Source: Hormiphora californensis (Eukaryota; Animalia; Ctenophora). From it: 64,000 nucleotides of DNA. A program made the translations under genes and the position numbers. The stretch is from NCBI GenBank assembly GCA_020137815.1, contig CM035352.1, positions 2,542,001 through 2,606,000 of the forward strand, given 5' to 3'. The number at the start of each line of letters is the position of its first letter. Position 1 is the stretch's first letter. Below the pieces are notes generated by a model. That model ran no database searches and was not told where the DNA came from. It saw only the letters and a program-made list of their open reading frames with translations. Below, piece after piece: positions 1 through 13,089 of the stretch.

Positions 1-250
1 CATGTAAAAAACAACAGAAGTTATGTCAATACATATTTCCCTTCAACTAAGTAAAGAAAATGTGCTTCCTTCAACTTGCAAAATAAAAAACCCCTCTTGG
101 CTAATCTTTAATGAAACTCAATTCCAGGCGTGAGGAGTTATTGAATTAGGTTACCACTGGGTAACTGGTTTGTCTGCATAAAATGTGTGATGATAGGTGT
201 AAACCTGTTTTTTATACTGGACTTGTATAATAGCTGGAAATATACTGAGA

Positions 251-803
251 ATGAATGAATGAATGAATGAATGAATGAATGAATGAATGAATGAATGAAT
301 GAATGAATGAATGAATGAATGAATGAATGAATGAATGAATGAATGAATGAATGAATGAATGAATGAATGAATGAATGAATGAATGAATGAATGAATGAAT
401 GAATGAATGAATGAATGAATGAATGAATGAATGAATGAATGAATGAATGAATGAATGAATGAATGAATGAATGAATGAATGAATGAATGAATGAATGAAT
501 GAATGAATGAATGAATGAATGAATGAATGAATGAATGAATGAATGAATGAATGAATGAATGAATGAATGAATGAATGAATGAATGAATGAATGAATGAAT
601 GAATGAATGAATGAATGAATGAATGAATGAATGAATGAATGAATGAATGAATGAATGAATGAATGAATGAATGAATGAATGAACGGATGGATGAACGAAT
701 GGATGAACGGATGAATGAACGGATGAATAGGTGAATGAATGAACGGATGAATGAACGGATGAATGAACGGATGAATGAACGGATGAATAGGTGAATGAAT
801 GAA
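251..803. repeat. (GAAT)n tetranucleotide microsatellite with a degenerate 3' tail
   Basis: Uninterrupted AATG/GAAT repeats from about 251 to 682, then GAACGGAT variants to about 803. Confidence 0.97.
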
Positions 804-1585
804 TAATTAATTGTTCAATTAATGTCTTAACCTATTAATTTGAAAATGAGTCAATAAATAAATACCATATAATCCAATATATAATATGCTATTGGCTGAT
901 TCTATTCAAATGAATGACCATGTGTATTCAAATGAATGACCATGTGTAAAGTTATATTGTTTGTGTAATCCTATCTCTGCTGTTGGAAGGTGGGTGTTTG
1001 TTTGCCCAGCACATAGCCGCATCTCCCACTGATTTACACTGCAGTTGCATGGCCTCATGTATTGTTACAGAGCTGTAAGAAAAAGGGGATTATTCTCCGC
1101 AAACCTTGAATTTTTCATACTTTCTTTTTATTATAAAAATCCAGAGCACGGACACAGTGTCAAGCTACTCAATTCAAACCTCCCCTTTGATAGATTCCAT
1201 TTTTTTCAGCCCCAGACATGGTTAGTTAGCTTGTTAAGAGACAATTGTGGGTCCCTGCACTCCTTATTGCAACATGGGTTAGCTGGTTTATGATTTAGAT
1301 GATTTGTTAGCAACGTAACTACCATGGTGCTACTGCTGCACCTCAGTATATTATATGTGCTTTTCGTGTGAATTACTAAAATGCATGGTTATAGCGAATA
1401 ACGCTGTCAGAGCATTGGCCTGACCCATTCTAGTTTCTCTCAAATTTGAGCGCGAGAACTGTGGTCAGAGCATTGGCCTGACAGGAATAACGCGGTATAA
1501 ATAGAAGAGGTATTATGACATACATTGTACTAATAGTAATATAATAGTAAGTTTTATCTGCATGCACATATATTTCAGTAATTTA

Positions 1586-1801
1586 AAATCGGATTTTTTG
1601 AAGTTGTCACCCCCTTTTCGTGCGCGGCGTCGTATTTGCGTGTGACAGCCCCCACTCACTTTACGGCATAAAACCGCATATCACCGGAAAGAGCATAATT
1701 TTGTGAGTCCGTAAAACTTTTGATCGACGAGCCAAAATACAGCCAAAACAAGTTTCCGACGCGCACCACCCAGGGGGTGACAACTTCAAAAAATCCGACT
1801 T
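1586..1801. mobile_element. Small MITE with ~28-bp TIRs and TA flanks
   Basis: AAATCGGATTTTTTGAAGTTGTCACCCCC ... GGGGGTGACAACTTCAAAAAATCCGACTT, with TA on both sides. A related copy lies in the opposite orientation at about 43592-43845. Confidence 0.8.
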
Positions 1802-2072
1802 TACTAGTAGGCGCTAATTATCACAAATACGTATAAAACAGATTTCTTGATTCTTGGCTAACAGAACCGTTATCTCTTCATGACATATCTGTCATTCTTG
1901 AGCTCCTCAACCTTACATCATATTAACCTGTTAAAAACACTTGATAACATTTTTTCTGTCAACTTCCAGGGGTAGCTGTAATGTTATGTTTCGAAAAACA
2001 TGCTATATTTTGCGATGTGGTTATGCCTATTATTCCTCATGGAGTTTACAGCTACTAGCCAGGCTAGATATT

Positions 2073-2104
2073 GAGAGAGTGAGAGAGAGAGAGAGAGAGA
2101 GAGT

Positions 2105-2168
<64 letters not shown>
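2073..2168. repeat. (GA)n microsatellite, representative of many in the window (e.g. ~5830-5960, 17570-17650, 20120-20213, 22800-23030, 49520-49770, 53540-53745, 60596-60675)
   Basis: Direct dinucleotide repeats. These tracts generate the spurious ERERER and SLSLSL ORFs. Confidence 0.97.
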
Positions 2169-2172
<4 letters not shown>

Positions 2173-5100
2173 GTAAATCTGTCAGGGTATAATATGATAA
2201 TATTATACTTCCCTCATGTGAGTTAAAGCACAACAGCATTTCTATAATTTGCATTTAAAGGCTTATCGTCCTACTCAGACACTTTAGTCGGTACATATTT
2301 GTAATTAAGATGTACTATATCTTGGAGTTGAATATATGCTTTATCTAAACCCACCTAGCAGCTGACCTTTATGAAAGAGACTTATGAAATACTTTTTTAT
2401 CAATCCTAGCTTCATTGCTTTTTCTTTGACATTTGACAATTGGGTGGGTTTAATATACTGCTTATATGCTGCACTTACCAAGGTCCCAGTATAGAGAGTT
2501 TCTTGAGACGCTAGAAGTGGAGGTGGAGGTGGTTAAGTCGTAAGACGAGCTGGTTATCCTAAAAGCATATAGTTTCTCTCATTATATCTTGCAAGGGACG
2601 TTAAAACTCAGACTACCTGAAACAGTACGATACATGTTGAAGAGTAAAAGGTTTTTTTTAAATGTAAAATAGATTTTTAAAGGTTTCCCCCTATTTTAAG
2701 GGTTACTAGGGGTAACTAGAGGATAAAACCAAATTACGTTTAAAAGACCCTTGGGGACCTTGTAACAGAAGTTAAAATTTCTTAGAAAAATTGGAAAAAA
2801 GTCCCCAATTTCAATTAATTTTAAAAAAAAGGGAAAATTTTTTGGGCCAATTTAAGGGGAGCGGAAGGAATGTTTGAAAAACAGGGGCTATAATTGGAGG
2901 GGAAATTCCCCATTGCCCCCCAGGGAAAAGACGCTCGGGGCCGGCAAAAATTTTTTGGGGAGAAGAGAGAGGAGAGGGAAGGGGGAGAGGAGAGAGATGA
3001 GGAGGGGAGGAAAAGGGGGGAGAGAGGGGGGAGGAGAGGAGAAAAAGAGAAGGGGGAGGGGTTTTGAGAGGAAAAGGAGAGGGGGAGCGAGAGATGAGCG
3101 AGAGAGAGAGAGAGAGGAGAGAGGGAGAGGAGAAGGGAGAGAGAAAATTGAGAGAGAGGCGGAAGAAGGAAGGGAGGGAGAGGGAAGAGAGGGGGGAGAG
3201 AGAGAAAAGAGGGGGAGGAAACCCCCCCCCCCCGAGAGGGGGGAGGGGAAAAGAGGAAGGGAAGGAGGGGGGGGGAGAGGGGGGAGAGAAAAGGGGGAGA
3301 GAGGGGGGCCGTAGGAGAGGAAGAAAAGAGAGAAGAGAGAGGGGGAAGGGGAAGGGGAAGAGAGGGGAGAGCCCCGAAGGGGGAAAAGGAGGAGAGAGAC
3401 GAAGAGAGAGAGGGGAGAGAGAGAGAGTGGAGAGAGAGAGAGAGAGAGAGAAAAGGGGGAGAGAGAGAGAAAAGGGGAAAGGAGAGGGGAAAAGGAGAGA
3501 GAGAGAGGAGAGAGGGAGAGAGAGAGAGAAAAAGAGGGGAAGAGAGAGAGAGAGGGGAGAGGGGGGTTTTTTTAATCTTTTTTTTAAGGGTTTTATAATT
3601 TTTTTGATAATATTTTTTAACTTCCCTCATGTGAGTTAAAGCACAACAGCTTTCATAATTTGCATTTAAAGGCTTATCTTTCCACTCAGACATTTTATGG
3701 GTTTTTACAAAATTTTTTGTAATTAAGATGCACATATCTCGGGGCCACTTTAGTGGGTTACATTTTTGTAATTAAGATGTACGTACCCTTGGAGTTAAAA
3801 TTTTGTTTTAAAATCAAAACCCCCCTAGAAAGCGGGACCTTTAGGGGGAAAGGGACTTATGAAATATTTTTTTTCATCAATTCTAGCTTCTTTGCTTTTT
3901 TTTTGGACTTTTGGAAAATTTGGGAGGGGGTTTCCCTTTATCCCCTGCTTATATGCCCCACTTACGTTTTCCCAAAGGTTTTAAGAGAGTTTTCGAGATG
4001 GGGAAAGTGGAGGGTGTAGGTGGTTAATCGTAAGACGAGCTGGTTTTTCAAAAAGAATTTTTCTTAATTTTTTGTTGAGCAAGGGGTTAAACTCAATACA
4101 AAAAAAGCCTTTTATATCAGTTTTCCCCCACGCACCCCCAATCAAAACCATAAGAGTTCGCTATTGATCTTTCAGGCCAATTCTCGACAGCTTTTTTCTA
4201 GATTTTTTACAAAAATAATGTCAAATCGCCACTACGGACGCAAAATAACCCTGCGGATTAGTGAACAAAAGGGCCCCAAAAAAACCCCCCCCCCCCCCCC
4301 CCCCTTTTTTTTCTCTTTTTTCTCCTATCTTTTCCTTTTTCTCCCTTCCCCCTCTCTTCCTTCCTCTTTTTTTTTTCTTTTCTAGATTGGGTCTTTCTTT
4401 TTCTTTTATCCCACACATTTTTTTTTTCACTCATTATTTTATTTGTTTCAAAGTATGTATCCCATGAGACCCCAGTGTGATCCCCACCCATCATGATACC
4501 TGTCCCTCCAAGCACAACAAATTAATGTTATTGCCCTAAGGGGAAACAGTTTCATTAGCAAAAAACTTGCCTTTTATCCCCTCCTCCCTTTCTCTTTATC
4601 ATCAAGCATACATCGCCTCTTTAAATTAGCCCTGCTGATTGTTGTTTGCAACTGAGATTGCCGTGGGAAGATATGTTTACAACAAACACCATGAGAGCTT
4701 TTCTACCCATTTACATCTATAGTTGTTACTCGATAAATCTATAGCACTTTGAGGATAGATAATTTTCCATTTTTCTACTCATTTACAAGATTGTAACGAT
4801 TTTCTCTCCCTATGTCACGTGATCTAAATTTCGGCACTTAATCATTACCAAAATGCATTAACTTAATGCTTTCGTAACTTGAATCAGCTACCTAATGGCT
4901 ACCTAATGGCTACGTAATGCCGCACCTCGCAAAAAAACAGTATAAAAGGGTGTGACTGGGACAACCAAACAAAACTAGAGCATATTTATTTATTATTTAT
5001 ATTGAAGGCCTTCATAAATTTTGGTAGAATATCTAAATGATAGAAAGGAGATAATATAATCTTATCTATCTTTAATTATTCTTCATACTGCTTTTAATTG

Positions 5101-5822
5101 TTATTTTGTTGCCTTTTTCTCCAGAGTTATATTCTCTCTTTGCACTTATTAGCAGTAAAGCAATTTTCCAATTTCTGTCGACTTCGACCAAAACATCATA
5201 AACTGCACGATATATGTCTTGTTTTATTCAGTACACTCGCTTTCCCTTCGACATAGAAAAGTTCATTACTGCCCTTACCCAGTTTCTTATTGCTTTCATA
5301 GATTTATTAAAACATTCTTTCTCTTGCTCCACCCATTAATACTTCAAGTTCTAGTAATGTAGTTTTGCAAGATCTTGCACTAATGTCAGTGCAAGTTGGA
5401 TACCTCGCATCCCCTATAATCCTGTCAGGCCAATGCTCTGGCCACAGTTCTCGCCCGCTCCGAGAATAGGGTCAGACCAATGCTCTGACAGCTATAATTT
5501 GTATTCGTGCCAGCACGGCTACTTAAAGGAAACCTGTCACATGGCGATCATGACAGGTTGCACCCCCCCTCAATTTCCCCCTCTCCCAGTCCCTCCAAAG
5601 ACCGAGCCACGACAGCTTCTAGTTCTCAATATATTGCTTATACAGTAGTAGTAGTTATATATACACTTATATATTTTGCTTTAGAATAGGTCCTTAGCTG
5701 TAATTGTATAACGCGTTGACACGGTAAATGGTAAATGTTGTTGGTCGGTATCATTAGTTAGGTGGCTCTTTACCATCGATCATGACGTAGTTTGAACATT
5801 TTAATGGGAACCGTTGGAACAT

Positions 5823-5934
<112 letters not shown>

Positions 5935-8900
5935 AATCTCTCTCTCAATCTCTCTCACTCACTCTCTCTCGCTTGAATTGACGACTAAGAGCCTGAGCCC
6001 CTCTCGCACACCGAGTAATGTACATTGTATTGTGGCACAATGATTGTGCTGGTCTTTGTATATGTTGCAATGCTGTGCATTTCAACTCATCCCGTGATTG
6101 GGAAGAGAAGGGTTACACTTTACTATCTTGGATAAGGAGAAAAATGTAGAGACCGAGGGAGAGAGAGTTCTAAAGTTATGAATATATTCAAGATAGTTTC
6201 TTCCCGGTCTGACGCCTGTTGTGTATAAATTATAGTCCTAGCACTATTATAACAGAATAGTACTACTATTAGTAGACTTGTCTCTCCAATCTCCAAATAG
6301 CCGTTTCCTAATCTCCCATTTCATTTATTTGATAAATAATCTTCAAGCAAATAATGTCATCTTGTCAGATCGGTTGCCGCCATGTCTACAATGGAATTTT
6401 TGAAAACCCGTTATTCAATGGTCGGCGCAATAGCGGAGTGGATCATTATTTGTAAAAAAAAATAATTAATTATTTTGGCTGAAGAAAGCCCGACAAAAAA
6501 TATTTCATAATACATTTTAATTTTTTATACTCCTTTTAATCCCCCGTTTTCATGAATCCGTGTCGCCGTCTTTTAAATAGGTCTTTTTTTTTGGTGAATC
6601 CTTTGATAATATCTCATCGGTACCCCTTCTAATTGTTTTTTTTCATATGGTTTGATTTTCCCTCATTGTGCCCTTTGCAGGTGCCAAATTTTTTCGATTA
6701 TCTATCTTCAATTAAAAATTTCTCTCTTCCCAATTTTTTTTCCACAAACCCCTTTTTTTTTCCCCGAGTGAGGTTTGGTTTAAAAAGGAAAAAAGGGGGA
6801 AACGAAGAGTCATGGGGGTTACAGTATGAGAGCTGAGCCCAAAAAACAACAAAAACCCAACTTTAGTAAGCAATATTCGGGGGTTTTATTTCAAGTAGGC
6901 CGTATCAAAAGGTCAGTAGCGAGTGAAATTTAAAAGTAGGATTAAGTGTTATCCGAAAATCCAAAACTATAGGAGATATGAAAGCCAACTTTTATGGCCA
7001 CACAGTGGAACAGTTTACACTGAGATAGATGTTTGTTGGTTTTTCGAATTATTGCGTGGGTTTTAAACCAGTGAACCCTAAATGTCATGTCAGCTGCTGG
7101 AGGGTTGCCAACATATTTTGTAATCAGTTGGTCGCTTCTACTAGGCGTGTTTTGTCACAAGGGTTTCAAATTCCCTTTGATACCCAAGAATGTGTTTTGT
7201 AAGAAACTTAAGTACAATGCACCTAAAAGATTTTCCATCGGGGATAACGCATCTTTCCCTTCCTTGTAGTCATGTTAGTAGACATTTTGGGGGGTCCTGT
7301 CCAAAAGGGTTTCGGATCTCTATTTTTTCCAAGATAGATTGGGGGGGTGGGGATGCAGGGCCCTTTTTCAGTTAAAAAGCATTTTGAGTCTCGAAAAAGC
7401 ATGTTTTCGTTTTTTATGCCTATGTAGCAGTTTTTTATTTTTTTAAAAAAGAAGTCTTCTTTAGGGGGGGGAGTAAAAATTCCAGCCCCATGTCCCGACA
7501 TAGGGCACACACACCAAAGTTAAAATTAAAATTTAAAATTTTAGTTTTTGGTCATAATCTGCCATTTCTTGGCAAAATTGCTTTAATTTTGGGCTTTTTT
7601 GGGAAAAAGGGGGATCGAGCCCGTTCGAAGAGCTCAAAAAACTTAAAAAGGGGCAAAGGGGGTGGGTTAAAAGGCGATAATGCGTGTGTTAAAATTTTAA
7701 AATTTTAACGACACATTTTTCACTGAACGCCGCACACTTTCGCAGATTTCAAGTTTTTTGGGCGTTCGAAAGGGCTGATTTTCCCCCTTTTAAACAACCC
7801 GAAATGAAGCAATTTTTTCAAGAAAGGCAGAATTATGACCAAAAAGCAAATTTAATTTTTTAAATTTTGACGTTGGTGTGTGTGCCTTATGGGATATAGG
7901 GTGAAGGATGTATTCTAGTTTTAATTAACATAAATTTTCCTCTTTACCCTTTAGAGCAGGCTTGATCATGAATCGAAAATCGTCTCGGTTTATAATTTCC
8001 TTAAAAGGTTTTCCTACCAGTATACATTTTATTGGCCCTCCAACTAATAAAATAGGTTATGAAGGGCCGCCGCGATTATAATAGTCCGATGCACAGCGTC
8101 CCCCCCATTAAATAATACCACTGTGATTATAAAAAACCAGGGGTATTACCCCCTTTTTGGTCTCCCAGCACGGGGTGGGGTCCGCTTTTTGTAAGGGGGG
8201 GAACATGGGGATTTATTTCTTTTGTAGAGAACATGTGGACGGTTGTTGATTTTGGTTTTTCAGTATTGTGATATTGAACATCAGATTATTCTCTTAACCG
8301 GTGAGCAGTACTCAGTAGACTCGAATAGGTGTCCGGATATCCCAGGTGCCTCTGAAAGTTGTTGAGTAATTCATCATATTTCTGTTTAAATCGTGTTAGG
8401 AACATATGGAAATACGGGAAGGGAGAAATAAAAGGAACAGAGAGAATTAGGATAATAAGAGAGAAAGAGGGAGGGTGAGAGAGAGAGGAGAGGAGAGGAG
8501 AGAGAAGAGGGGAGAGAAGAGAGAGGGGGAGGAGAAGAAAAAAGATAAATCAAAATAGAGGATCGAGTATGTGAATCTGCTCTCAAAAGTGTCCCACAAT
8601 TCTTTTGTAGCTACACATTTGCCAGTGCGCCACCTTGGGTGAGAATTAGAGGTAGGGGCAGAGGAGAGGGTGAGAGAGGTAGACAAGTTGAAGGTAGAGA
8701 GAGAAAAAAAAAGGGGGTTTAAAGGGGGAGAGAAGGGGGGTAGAAGAGAGAGAGGGGGAAAAGGGGAGAAAAGGGTAGAGAGAAGGGGGAGGTAGAGAGA
8801 AGGGGGGTAGAGAGAGAGAGAGAGAGAAAAGGGTAGAGAGAGATATTGAAAAAGATGAGTGAATTAGGAGAGATGTTCAAATCACCGGACCGTGTCACAT

Positions 8901-10162
8901 GCTCGCAGCCACCAGAGTCTCTGTTACAACCACCACTGTAGTATGGTATTTTATCTGTGCCCTTTCTTTGTTTCCTCTTCAAACCCTCAGTACCGATGCG
9001 AATAAGATTTGGGCGACGGTGGAAAAATTTTTCTTATTTCACATACATAACTACGTTTTAGTTTTCGAGGGGGGATCTTTTTTACGTCAAGTAAAGCTTT
9101 AGAGAGTTTTTATTGCCCAGCCTAAACCACGGCCCATTCTAAGGAGCCTTAAATTTTCCCCTCCCATGTATTAGAAAATTTGGCCACTATTTAATAATTA
9201 TCCCCAAATTTCCCAGATTCCGAATTTTGGGGTGAAAATGATGCTTAAGTTTCGGTTTTTTTTTAAAAGGCTGCCTGTTTATTCTTTAGTAAGGTTATAG
9301 CCATGTACTGCAGTTTGACATTATTTTTCGTGAGTTTTTGCTTTGCGTTTTGGATCACTCAAAAAAGCCGTCTTTACGAACCAATTGCGGAGCCCGGGGC
9401 AAACCCCGTTACAAGAGGAGGGGGCGAGAAAAAGGGGAAAAAAAGGGAGGAGAACACGATAGTAGTCTTTTGGGTGAAAAGGTGAATCAAAATCTCTCTT
9501 TCAATTTATAATAACAATATTCGGAATATTGATGCATTATAACCGATTTTTTAGGGGGGGGTGGCCCTTTAGATTATTATGAGGGGAGTGGCCTGTTTGG
9601 GAAACCGGGGGCCGGGGTTTTAAAGGGTTTTTTTTTCTAAGGGGGAGGGCAGATTTCCAAAAACCTTTTTTTAAAATTAAAAAATTAAAAATGAAAAAAG
9701 GGGGGAGGGGGAAATTTTGGGGGAAAGAGGGGTTGCCACAATTTTTTAGCTCTGCCATACTCAGTCCTTTTTCGTCCTATTTTATGCTTCCACAACGGTC
9801 GGCTCATACGTGCCCCTGTGGGGTGCGACCTCTTTCTTTTGAAGAAACTTATCTGGTCAATGTTGTATTTTAGCTTCTTTTTAACTTTTGTATTAGAACA
9901 CAAGGAAAGTTTCTATTCAGAATTTTCATTTTTGAGAAAAAAACACAAGGATTGTTTCTATCCCAAATTTTAGATTGGAAATTTTTCCTTTCTATGAGAT
10001 TTTTGAGAAAAATTTGCGATTTTCCTTGGAAAAATCGCAAATTTGCCTCAAAAATCTCATTAATCTCACGGTTTCTGGCCAAAAATCGAAAATCTCAAAA
10101 ATCTCAGCTACCCTGAAAATCGCCAATGAGGCATGAGATTCTTGCGGCAGGCCCCCCCCCCC

Positions 10163-11247
10163 AACTAACCAAAACTCATCGAAAAATTGGTCAAAATGGT
10201 TCTAACAAAAACCAGTGTTCTAGAGAATTGTCTGGCGAACATTTTGGTGGCAAGATTGACGTTCCAAGTCTTACCAATCGTCAGATATATCGTCGTAAAG
10301 TCAAAAGTACGTGTTCATGAAATCCGACCGGGGTTCACGTTTTGAAAAATTCACAAATGCAAAGTTGCTCGGATCACATTGCATCCCTCATAAGAGTTGT
10401 AGGAAATTGTCTGGCGGTCATTTTGGTGCCCGGGTTTTTGTCCTAGCTCAATGTTTAGAGTGTCTTATGACTGTCAGAACTGGAATTTTTCCAAAAGTGG
10501 TCTCAGGTATCGCATTGCATTCTGCCCTGTTATGAAGCTCATTGCTGCTTGAATAACATGTTAGTGCATGATAGGGTTGAGATAGACCACTTGCGTATCC
10601 TACACATTAACAGGGGCCTTGCCAAATCGTCATAACAACCCTGTCAAGTGTCTAGATGAAATTGAGACGATATGTGCTGATTATCATGGGATTACACACG
10701 ACACCGAGCCACCTAATTAGGGGTTGTGAGCCGATACCAACTAAGACTCAGCATAGAAAAATCTTCATGTTCCTACAGTCATAACGCAACTTAAAGGTAG
10801 AGCTATGGAAAAAATCATGGTATCAAAATGAACCTTAGACGATTCCAATGAAGCTCTTGTAAATTTCAAATCATTTTACCCATTTGTTGATGACACGCGA
10901 TCCCCTCAAAAATGCTGGTTGAATTTCGTCTTTAGACAGTCATAAGACACTCTAAACATTGAGCTAGGACAAAAACCCGGGCACCAAAATGACCGCCAGA
11001 CAATTTCCTACAACTCTTATGAGGGATGCAATGTGATCCGAGCAACTTTGCATTTGTGAATTTTTCAAAACGTGAACCCCGGTCGGATTTCATGAACACG
11101 TACTTTTGACTTTACGACGATATATCTGACGATTGGTAAGACTTGGAACGTCAATCTTGCCACCAAAATGTTCGCCAGACAATTCTCTAGAACACTGGTT
11201 TTTGTTAGAACCATTTTGACCAATTTTTCGATGAGTTTTGGTTAGTT
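10163..11247. mobile_element. Foldback/MITE-like element: ~310-bp near-perfect inverted arms around a ~460-bp spacer
   Basis: 10163-10474 (AACTAACCAAAACTCATCG...CTTATGACTGTC) is the reverse complement of about 10935-11247. A mariner-like end, GGGACACCCTGTA, follows at about 11297-11309. The matching left terminus is not visible. Confidence 0.7.
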
Positions 11248-11567
11248 TAATGGAGCCCGGTCATGACCCAAAATCACAGGTGATGCAAAGACAGTGGGAC
11301 ACCCTGTAGTTATACGAGGGTGGAGTATATTTCTTTACGTCAAGTAACAGCAATTTAGAGTTAGTTTGTATTGCCCAGCCTCAGCTAAGGCCATTCTAAG
11401 GAGCACTTAAATTTTCCCATCCTATTGTATTAGCAATCTGGCACTATTTTAAGTAACTATTCCAAATTCCTAGACTATCCGAATTTGGTGAAGCTGATGC
11501 CGGTTAAGTTGCGGTTTAAAAAGGCTGCCTGTTCATTCTTCTAGTAACTGGTTATAGCCCATGTACT

Positions 11568-12014
11568 TGGTGTAAACAAGGGATTGGGCCTGGGGGGAAT
11601 ACCGGGTGACCGGGACGCGAGTGCAGGGGGGCGACTCACCGGGTTGGTCTCGTGGCGAGCACCGGGGCGTCCAAGGCGTTGGGTGACACAGATACTAGTA
11701 GTGAGACAATCAGATAACGGGCCGAGTGTCTGTGGGTGGAAGATTCCTGAAGGGATGGCGTGAGTCCTCAGTCCTGTCTGAACCTATGGGGACCTGAGAT
11801 GCCAATGGGAAAGTTATGTTGGAGTCTGGAGAAGTGGCCATCTCAAGTCCTTCCAGGAGCACGAGCATCCCAACCGCTCAGCTCGGCTCGCCAAAGCAAG
11901 CCGAGCCGCGCGGCCTGAATGCGCGGCACCCAGAATGCATCGCAGTGTGGCAATCTCCGCGCGCTACGTAGAAAGGGAGAAAAAAGCGGGGGATTGCCAC
12001 GCCGCGATACACCA
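11568..12014. mobile_element. 447-bp TG...CA insertion with 4-bp TSD (solo-LTR-like, Gypsy-type signature)
   Basis: Starts TGGTGTA and ends TACACCA. Flanked by TACT at 11564-11567 and 12015-12018. An empty site (ATGTACTGCAG) is present in the duplicate segment at about 9303-9313. Confidence 0.8.
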
Positions 12015-13089
12015 TACTGCAGTAGACTATCTATATAGTTTTCTCGTGAGCTTTTAGCATTGCCGTTAGTGATCACTCAAAATGCCCGTCTTTACGAACC
12101 AACTTGCGGAGCCCGGGGCAACTCAGTTACAAGACGGAATTGACGATGAAGGAGAAAAGACAGGTGAGGAGTTCACGATAGTCAGTTAGTCATTGGGTAG
12201 AACGTGAATCAAATATTCTCTCTTTCAATCATAATAATAAATGTCCCGGAATATTGCATCCGCATTATAACCAGAGTATTATGGGAGTTGGGTGGTACCC
12301 TTCAGATTATTATGGGGTAGTTGCCCTGTTTGGAATTCCCGGGGAGCCGGTAAGACTGATTTTTATCTAAGGGCATGGGCAGATCTTGCAAACACCTCAT
12401 TAATTAATGAAGTTAGGGATTAGAGAGGTTAGGGCAAGAGATAAAATTCATTGCAATAAATACCGGGTTTTGTTTGTGACTGTGGTACTAAGTTTTCGTG
12501 TTAGGTAACGACTTGTTAGGCATGAGCTCCTCTATATATTTTCTATACGAGTTCACCGCATACCGGGCGGGTAAATTCCTTGATCGTGTGTCTAAAGTCA
12601 ACGTCTAAAACATACAATAAATAGTACCGTGCACTTCATTTTACAGTGTAGCTAAGTTTTTAGATGTGTCGTGATGCCTGGGTTATTCTAAGTTACTAAA
12701 AATGCATTCCTTTTTCATTTCATGTTTTTATTGATCTGGTTCTGCTAGGTTAGATTCAGAATAACCCCATACAAGAATAACCATCCATTTTGTTCAGTTA
12801 CCTGTTTTATTTAGGTTTCCGTTACATAATTATGGGTATTGGGTGGTTTATAACATGTAGGTATTTAGCCCGGGTTAACAAATCACACTTCCCAACACTT
12901 CCTCTCTTCCAATTTCCCAACACTTCCTTTCTCCTCCTCTTCTCCTCCTCTTCTCCTTTTTTCGATAGTTCTGAATAAAGCAGGCTTAGACGCCGAAACT
13001 GTCAACAAACCATTGTGTTTTCATGTATCATAATCGAGGTCGCCGGTACATCACCTATCCTCCTACTACCTCTCTCTCCCACAGGAAAG

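Noticed and set aside
2821-3735. Long Ser/Leu/Pro and Glu/Arg/Gly ORFs
   Set aside because: They are translations of a degraded (GA)n tract in low-accuracy sequence. The same applies to all ERERER and SLSLSL ORFs in the track.
5073-5335. Protein-like minus-strand frame (WVEQEKECFNKSMKAIRNWVRAVMNF...) with one internal stop
   Set aside because: No start, splice structure or recognisable domain. It could be a decayed TE or viral fragment but needs tBLASTx.
7494-7893. Possible MITE (ATAGGGCACACACACCAA ... TTGGTGTGTGTGCCTTAT)
   Set aside because: It lies in error-rich sequence, so its ends and TSD cannot be defined.
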